Position numbers and translations under genes: made by a program
From: Tubulanus polymorphus
Lineage: Eukaryota > Animalia > Nemertea
DNA length: 64,000 nucleotides
Direction of reading: 5' to 3'
Assembly: GCF_964204645.1 (NCBI RefSeq)
Contig: NC_134029.1
Coordinates: 23,678,950 to 23,742,949 of the forward strand
Shown here: positions 56,101-64,000 of the stretch, piece by piece
Numbering within the stretch: the first letter of the stretch is position 1
Layout of the letters: the number at the start of each line of letters is the position of its first letter
Notes under the pieces: generated by a model
The model's database searches: none
Seen by the model: only the letters and a program-made list of their open reading frames with translations
What the model was told of the DNA's origin: nothing

Positions 56101-59100
56101 ACAATTGAACCCATAACTGGAAGTGCATACATCTATCTAATTCTAAGATAACAGGGAAGGTACGTATATATGTATATAAAACATTGACGAGTGGACAGAA
56201 ATTCATCGACAAAATGTACATGCACATATACACAATACTTATTTACAAATATCTCGACTTACCTACAAATGCAGATGACTTCTCTTCACTGGGAGTTGGC
56301 AAAGTCAGAGTGACTGGTGGAGGAGAACTGACATCAGGTGCCATGTCTGGTGGAGCGAAATCAGGAGGTTCAATCTCACCATCGGTTGTACTTTCATTCT
56401 ATACAGACACAACATACAGTTAGAATTCGACAGTAAAAGCAGCTCCCACAATTAATGAATCCTTGGCTCAGTTGTAAATGCCATTGGTTACTTTATATTT
56501 TCAATGAGGACAACAATTCAAACTTAACCGTTTTAGGCTTAAACTTTTTAGTGAAACTGGGCCCTTATGTATATCATTCTGACATTTTCGAGATTTATCT
56601 AAATCTTATCTTCACAGAAACAGTTCTCATTTCTGTTTCTGTGATGATGAGATTTAGATACACAGAAAGAGTAATATCATTTACTGTTTTATTACTGTAT
56701 CTCTATCGATAAGATTTAGATATATCTCAAAAGATATCATCATTTGTGGAATTGTTCATTTACGTCTGAATTATCAACTATGAAACATGTACAATAGTAC
56801 AAGGTTCTTTATAAAACTTACGACTCCATCAATGCCGTCTAATTCTTCAACCATCAATGAAGCGAATACTCCAATTTTCCCATTCACTTCTCCTTCCCAC
56901 CATCCATCATCGACACCATTAACATCGTGACGAATGATACGTATTAATTGTCCTTCTTGGAATGATAACTCTCCCGGTTCAGTTGCTTCGTAATCGTACA
57001 ACGCTCTGCCCCAACAACCTTCTATAATCAATATACACATTCATCATCAGTGTAATTACAATCATAACTACACATACACTAATACACTAATACTATATCA
57101 ATAATCTCAAAATCAGACACATCTTTTTACTTAAGCTTATTCTTCAGTCTTTTATGCCCCATATCATCCCCATATTAAACTTTTAAAGTTTTATCACTTA
57201 TTGATTTGTAAGCTAAAGAGCATATCTTATACGGAATTATGGTATAAATAAAGTTAATATCTACCGCTGGTTTGTTGTGGTTGAATAGCTTCCTGTACTT
57301 CATAATCCGCCGATGTGTAAGCAGACGCCGGTGCTGATATATCTTGCGACGTGAAACCACCGTTATCAGCGGATACTTGGTCCACCCATCCCTGCGTATC
57401 CGTCTGCTGTTGATTCCACGCTGTATCCGTGACGGTCGATTGTTGATTCTCGGTATTCTCCTCATCCGCCCAAATATCTCCGGGAGGTTCGTCGTAATAA
57501 GGAAGCGACGAGCTCGGCGCAGGTTGAGACGTTTCAGCTGTTGTTTCTGCGTTGTATCCATATTGACTGGGGTTGTATTCGACCTGCCCTGTGTTGTAGT
57601 CGACTTGCCCGGTGTAATCACCCGTCGTTGCAGTACTATCATCATAGTATTGAATATAATTCTCTGGAATGAAGCCTTCTTCCCCATTAGCATTACGTGC
57701 CTGAAAATATATAACAACAGAATAATTGCTGAAATTCCCGATCCACATTATGTTTATCTTAGTGCAATGACTTATACAATACCTTTAACCAGCCATCACC
57801 GAGTCCAGTTCCGATAACAATAACAGGCTCGTGTACAGTCATACTCAGTTCATCGGGATTACTTGCCTAGAAACAAAATATCAAAATTAGCAACTGAGTC
57901 GAGTCTTGCCCGAACTGTCATACCGGATCCAGTTCCGCAGTTGTGAGTTACAATTAACTGTGAGATTAAATTAGTTCATTTTCGATGTAAATCAAATCTG
58001 TTGAGTTTTGTTTCAATAAATGTGGGAGTTCAACTTACAGGGAAGTCATATAAAGCATAAGCTTGAGCCGAGTATTGATCTGTTGTTGCCGCGTTTATTT
58101 CAGTTGGTGGATTTATAACCTCGAATGTATCGTCGTTAAACTCATTATCATCGTACATATAATCATCATGATTCTGATTATAACTGGCACCGTTCGTCTC
58201 TTCACTGTGACTGTGCTGTAAACAACAAACACAATCAGTCATTCATCGCGTAATTGCATCTGTTCGCGTGATTTACTGAAATGTTTAACAGTTTGAAGCG
58301 CGGAAGAAGAGTATACTTACAGAACTGGATGTACGCAGAGACGCTTGGTCGCTGATACTCGTGCGACTCGTATCATCTTCGATATCAATCGGTGATAAAG
58401 TGTCCATATTCGCTTTGTTTAACCATTCATCGACGTCAACTGAAAAACAAGATTCTTGAATGAAATATCGCGCTCCGCTCGCTCAGCAGAGTGTAAGTGA
58501 AACTCAATTCCTAGTAATCGCTTACTTCCTGCTTGCTTGATGAGTTCTAATCTTGCTTCTGCCTTCATTTTTGCAGTCTGAAATACACAGATTATTCTAT
58601 AAATCCTTCAGAATCCTTAAGGCACTTTCTTTCATCTATACAACAACCCACCTCTGATTTCCTTATTGCTTCTTTTAATTCGTCCAGTTTTTGTTCGGTA
58701 TTTTCGACGGCTGCTTTTTCCTCGGTCGATTCAGTAAATACCTTTCAAAAACATAGAAATGATTTTCTATCAAAACATTCAATTGAGACTACCGTACAGT
58801 CGCAGTCTATGTACTGGCAGTGTAAGACCCTTTCAGGTAGTGTTTTAATCTGTCTTCAGATTTACCGGCTATTTGAAACTTATATGAAATCATTTCAAAT
58901 AAATCTGAAGATGGGTAGAAGAATTCCACCCGAAATGCCAGTGTACATTTCTCGTGAAACCTAATGGGTCTTTTATATAGACTGTGTTCCGGTTTGGGGC
59001 AGTATTTCAATTATTGATAAACCAGTACCTCTTTCTCAGCTGTACTCTGAGTCAGTAATGTTCGTATAGCTTTAGAATGTTCCTTTATTGCTTTCGTTTC

Positions 59101-62100
59101 TTTGACGACTTTCGACGCCCATTTTTTAGCTTCGTTATCGAGATTGTGCTGATCGCTCTTCGGATCGCTCACCAATTGACGTACCTTTCAACGGTAGAAA
59201 ATGATCAGAATCGAAAATATCGAAATAAACAACGATCTTAAGAAAATAACTTACGGCATCGTTATCCATAGCTTCGAAATGGAATTGTAAAGTTTCCGAG
59301 AAGACCGGATTATGGTGCAGGAAACATTGTAGGTTATAATTTCGACTGATGAGGGCTGCGTCGCACAACGACCGACTGAACGACTCTTGAGTTATTCCGC
59401 AACATTCTAATTCCGTTTTCGATAACGTGATGAACGCTTCTTGAACTTTCTCATACATATCGACGTCGAGTTGCTGAAATAGGAATTTGTAATTTCGTAC
59501 AGAATGCGTACATTATCGCTCCAGTTTCATTATTAATCGAGAATATGAAACCGACCTGCATGAGGTCGGGTAAATCAGTTTGAAAGAATCGGACATGTTG
59601 AGCGTTACAGGCCACCATATTCATCAAATATTCATTCCTCGCGGCGTTGGATTTAGTTTCTGACAGTTCTTTTTTCGTGGTTAACTATGAAAGAAAAATA
59701 ATCGAATTTCAGTTAAGAATAAATGATAAAATTCTTGTTACATTTATTTCATATTTACCTTTGCACTGTTTTTCTGTAGAGTGGCCATCGATGAAAATAT
59801 ACCAACAGATTTCCTCTTCAGTCTGAAATCATGAAATAGGTAGTAGGCTGAAAACTCTTCTTGTATGTTTCTAATAATACAGAGACTAACTCAGGTGCAT
59901 CTCCTGCTAAAATACTTTTGGTTTGTATAAAAAACCTGGACCTTTAAGCTTTAGAGTTTTCATACAAGTAGAACTGTCAACCCAAAATACCACAACCTGC
60001 TTTGCATTTAGGATTTCGGCATTATGGAAAGTATGGCAGTATATCAGGGGTTTCATTTTTACATTTTAAAATAAAGTTTTTCCAATCTGTCCTGATGTAA
60101 AGCGGGGTGATAGTGTTATGTATATATCAGCCCCCCTCCCCTCTGCTTACTTGGCCTCTGCTTCAGCTGATTTCACGCGAGCGTCGTGCGCGACGTGTTC
60201 GTCTTCGTTGTATAATTTTTGAGCTTTGATCATTTCGCGGCCGGTTTGATGAAGTTCTGCTTGTATCACTCCGAGTTGTTCAAATACCTGAACAAACAAA
60301 TCAATCGGTGAAACAAAGGAGCTAAATTCATCAGCTTTGCGTTGAAAATAATCATTGATATCTACACCGCACCTTTTTTCCAACTTGTAGTTTATTCTGT
60401 CGAACGATTTTGACCGGTTCAGAAACCTGGTGCATGTAAGTTTCGCTGGCTTGTAAACGTTCTTTCGCAATATTTTCACTCACTTCTAGTATCGATTTCC
60501 AAACGGTCGTCATCGTTCTATATAAATACGTTAATTCATCAATTTAAACAAGGAATCTAAGAATGAACACATGCCGAAATCTCATTCATGTTCGAATAGT
60601 ATACAATATGTAAAAGGTCTAAATAAGAATACACAACTATAGTTCAAATATGTAAGATAAAATATAAGATCTCACAGTAATAAAATGTTTCCTCGAGCTT
60701 ATGCTTTATTCGACATTTTGACTAAATCTTTATAGCCATCTTCAGGAATAATCCTAGCAATTCTTTCAATATTCCTGCAAATGACTATCTGAATATAGTT
60801 GAAACGTTGAATAAACACTAGCACGAGGAAACATTTCTCTTTTTTATTCTTAGTGTGGGATTTTAGATTATCTTCACAATGCGGACAGTGTTTCATCAAT
60901 GTCTATGTAAGCCTTAGAAAAAGCGTAGAAGCTAAATTTATTTGTTACAAGCAAATGTAATAAAGAAAATGAAATACACATTACATTAATAGGCAGTATA
61001 TAAGTATAAAAGGTTAGAATGAATAGATTTAATGCAGATGTTAAGAATTTGGTCTAATGTTAAAATCAAATCCATAGTTCAGTAAACTTGGCGTAACAGT
61101 AACAACAAGACAAGCATTATCAAAAGAAAATGTACAAGTAAAGATATATTTTAGAACAACCGTCAGCAACTCACCTGCCAGACCTTGATTAGAATGAAAC
61201 ATATAAATTCACATGAATAAACAGATATGCGAGGTAGGATTAAATATCCCTTCCCTGTTTTGCGCGACCAATTCATTTAAGGGCGATGATTAACAAACTT
61301 CCGATCACACCGTGAACTGATACTTACTTGCTATCTCGACTCTCTTCCGGTGGTAAATCTTGGACCGTGTAAAAGTCCTTTTTCGACAAATATCCACTCG
61401 ATAATTTCAGTAATGCCTGAAATATTGAACGGACATAAAATTAGTTAACGGACCAGTCAAATAGATGCAGATGCGGATAATGAGAAGGGATTTCATTTAT
61501 TATTGGATGAATGAAAAAATACATGAACAGGTATTTGTTTATAACAGCTAGGCGGCCCAGACTTTGGTTGATGAATAAACACTGATCTTATCTGTGTCAA
61601 CTGTAGATAGATAAAAAAATCCCACAATAAAATTTTTATCTGATAAAATTTATCAATATGAAACCACAATGTTTCGACTGTTGACTAAGGTTCATCATTA
61701 GGGGGAATCATTGCACCTGATGATGGCTGTTAGTTTTTCTCAATTTCTGGAGATTTCATAAATATTTTGCCTTAAAAGATCCCCCCTCCCCCAAGAATCA
61801 AATTTAAAAAAAAATCAAGACTATTTAAGGACATTGGAGCAATTTCAAAAATTCAGAAATGCTCGTTTAACTTTGGTGCTCTGCAGATACAGCGCGAAGC
61901 ATGTCAAATGATTCAGCTTGTATTAATCCTGAACCCTTTTAAAAAATGATATATGATTTGTAAAGATGCAGCACTCGATGATTGAAATACCTGAGCGTAT
62001 TCCTTTTCAATCTGCGCTCGTTGTTTCGAGAAATTTCTGATATCCTCCAGTAAATCTGCATCGTGTTGATGTTTATGCTGTAATTTACTCAATTGTTCGG

Positions 62101-62619
62101 AATGTGTATTTTTTAAAGCCGATGCTGGCTTTACCTGAAATAAACATTCAGTCTCCTTATATCATACACACAGGTATTAAACTATCAATGATGGACAGGA
62201 TTATACCTAATACAGAGGCTTATCGTATCTCAGAGTTGTTCAGGTTTTGTAAAAACGATAATCTGTTAAATCCATAATACTATATACTCTGGATTTAATA
62301 CATAATTTTTTTTTGCAGCACTAACAACTATAGATACAAGCCCCGGCGCGCGTGTCCATACAAACTATGTCTAATGTAAAGTCCTGTCACCAGGAATTAT
62401 TTACTGATATTCCCCCCTATTTTCGAAATATTAAAGATTTCGATAAATTTTCTGCCTAATCTGGGAAATATTTTGGAAATTAATTTTACACTGGTTGCAA
62501 TTCTGAATTCTGGGATGTAGGTAGGCCTAGAGGGACGTGCTTTTTGCCTTTATAAGCCAACATACACAATGATAGAGAATATATTTGCACTGTTACCCTA
62601 CCTTTATAGATGATTGCAT
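53107..62619 (-). CDS. FCHSD2: F-BAR and double SH3 domains protein (FCHSD2/Nervous wreck), multi-exon, alternative 3' ends
   Basis: MQSSIK|[48 protein letters not shown]; ARNEYL; YNLQCFL; LDNEAKKWA; SH3-1 (ALYDF...DELS...DGW...EEGFIPENY); SH3-2 ([18 protein letters not shown]...DDGWWEGE); candidate C-terminus DITITVV*. 5' UTR exon donor near 62827. Confidence 0.93.
53216..53380. mobile_element. Tourist-like MITE, copy 2 (inverted relative to 13152-13311)
   Basis: Same TIRs and near-identical interior. Confidence 0.85.
54523..54701. mobile_element. Tc1/mariner-like MITE
   Basis: TA|CAGTCAAACC...GGGGTTGACTG|TA; a similar right end at ~40270-40284. Confidence 0.55.
55411..55982 (-). CDS. FCHSD2: Candidate alternative terminal exon of FCHSD2 (Pro/Ser/basic, ends ETCV*)
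   Basis: Acceptor TTTCAG at 55983 in phase 1 with the donor after 56263; ~190 open codons with PPSLKPKP and PKPALAPKP motifs. Confidence 0.7.
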
Positions 62620-64000
62620 TTTTTCCTTATTTCAATGTTGATGAACGAGGTAAACAGTAAGAATTTTAACTCTGAAGAAGCTGCAAATCTAAATTGGAAA
62701 GTCAGAATGTTTGTTAATCAGTCCCGACTTTTCTAGGATTAATTACTGATTCGATGTAATCATTGCTTCGTAGGCAATCAGAATCCACGTCGCGTCTTCG
62801 AGGTCAATAAGCCCGAGGAGGGCTTACCTTCCTGAATTTTGAGATATTTTCGTTTTTAGGCAGAATTTCGATAATTCTTCATGCCTCTATTCGAGTTTAC
62901 TTCACTAAAAAATCACTTCCGCGTATCTGTCAAAGGTCCGATACAAAATCGCAAACACGAAACGACGCAATCTTTAAAACTCATTAATTTTCAAAAATAC
63001 TCTCAGTATTGAATTTCTGAAATCTAAATACGTAAAAACATACATAAATAATGGGCTAGAGCTGTGATAGATAAAAAATATCGAGTTGAGTCTACCGTTC
63101 GTCCGTTTTCATTTTATAAAGTCCAAAACCGCGTTTTCATCTACATCCATATCCGTGTTTTAACTCGACGCCCCGGAATCTACCGCGCCCGTTTGCCGCA
63201 TTTACTTCAGTAGTTTACGAAAAATAACAACAAAAACAGAAAACGGTAAAAAAGATGCTTCAATAACTCGATTTCTAATCTAAAAATCCCCTTGATAAAT
63301 GTTGTTTGTAATGAGTTAAAACGAGTATTTAGGTTTGAATATATTCCTCTCCTAAAAGAATGAGGTTTTTGACTGAAAAAAGGGGAAAAATCGTCGTTTA
63401 TTTTACTTCCGGGTCAACTCACAGTCAATATTTATTTTGTCTGGAATCAGTTTCTTCTGACGTATTACGCTTGCCACATATTTCTTCTTGAATGGATTCA
63501 TTTCGTATAATATTTTAGGATGATTGGCAGTGAAATTTTAGATCTACCTGTAGCTTCAGTATTTTAAAAGTGCCTTTGTTACCAGAAAATATGGTAAGTC
63601 GCTTGATTTTGTCGATAAATTGGTATTCTATCATCATTGCTATAAAATAACAACACGACTGAATGTAATTTGATAATAATTTTCCAGGATGAATTATCAA
63701 CTGATTTCGGTGAGTTATGTTGTCTGTCATATGTAGATCGTCTTGATAATCATTGATAGTCGATTACTCGGTCTTGGATGCTGGATATGAATCACTTCTC
63801 ATTCACATCTGACACAGGGTGACCACATACCTGTTGGAAATCAGGGAATTTTGTAATAAAGCTATAATCAGGGAAAAGTGAGGGAAATTTGTTGAGATTT
63901 GCTAGATTGTTGATCTATTTACAGGAGCTGATTTAGGATTGCAGTTCGATGCACTTGATGGCAATGATATGAATTCTGTTGATCGAGTTATGGAAGATGC

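Noticed and set aside
60699-60899. 66-aa ORF in an FCHSD2 intron
   Set aside because: Flanking exons join in frame without it; no recognisable motif or convincing splice pair.
63400-64000. Start of a further plus-strand gene
   Set aside because: Only an ETS-like motif and a CAGGG-type repeat end are visible; no supportable coding exon.

Overview
AT-rich, gene-dense eukaryotic (metazoan, probably marine invertebrate) genomic DNA with short GT-AG introns; it is not prokaryotic, and I saw no CRISPR array, rRNA or tRNA. Eleven conserved, spliced protein-coding genes lie in strictly alternating orientation: CCDC112(-, runs off the left edge), NGLY1(+), FBXO33(-), FBP1(+), METTL6(-), TNFAIP8(+), centrin CETN1/2-type(-), TMEM165(+), CHM/REP1(-), ETFDH(+), FCHSD2/Nwk(-). 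Introns and UTRs carry many short non-autonomous elements (Harbinger/Tourist-like, Tc1-like and hAT-like MITEs, an RTE LINE tail, Penelope-like hairpins with hammerhead-like cores). The most interesting signals are in RNA processing: predicted alternative FCHSD2 C-termini ending in different PDZ-ligand-like motifs, three candidate in-frame microexons, a tandemly amplified splice acceptor in REP1 with decoy copies, a TNFAIP8 start codon split by an intron, and an unexplained ~7 kb tract with small minus-strand ORFs. Gene names come from my recognition of protein motifs and exon boundaries were read by eye; no database search was run. I cannot support a claim of a wholly new biological system.
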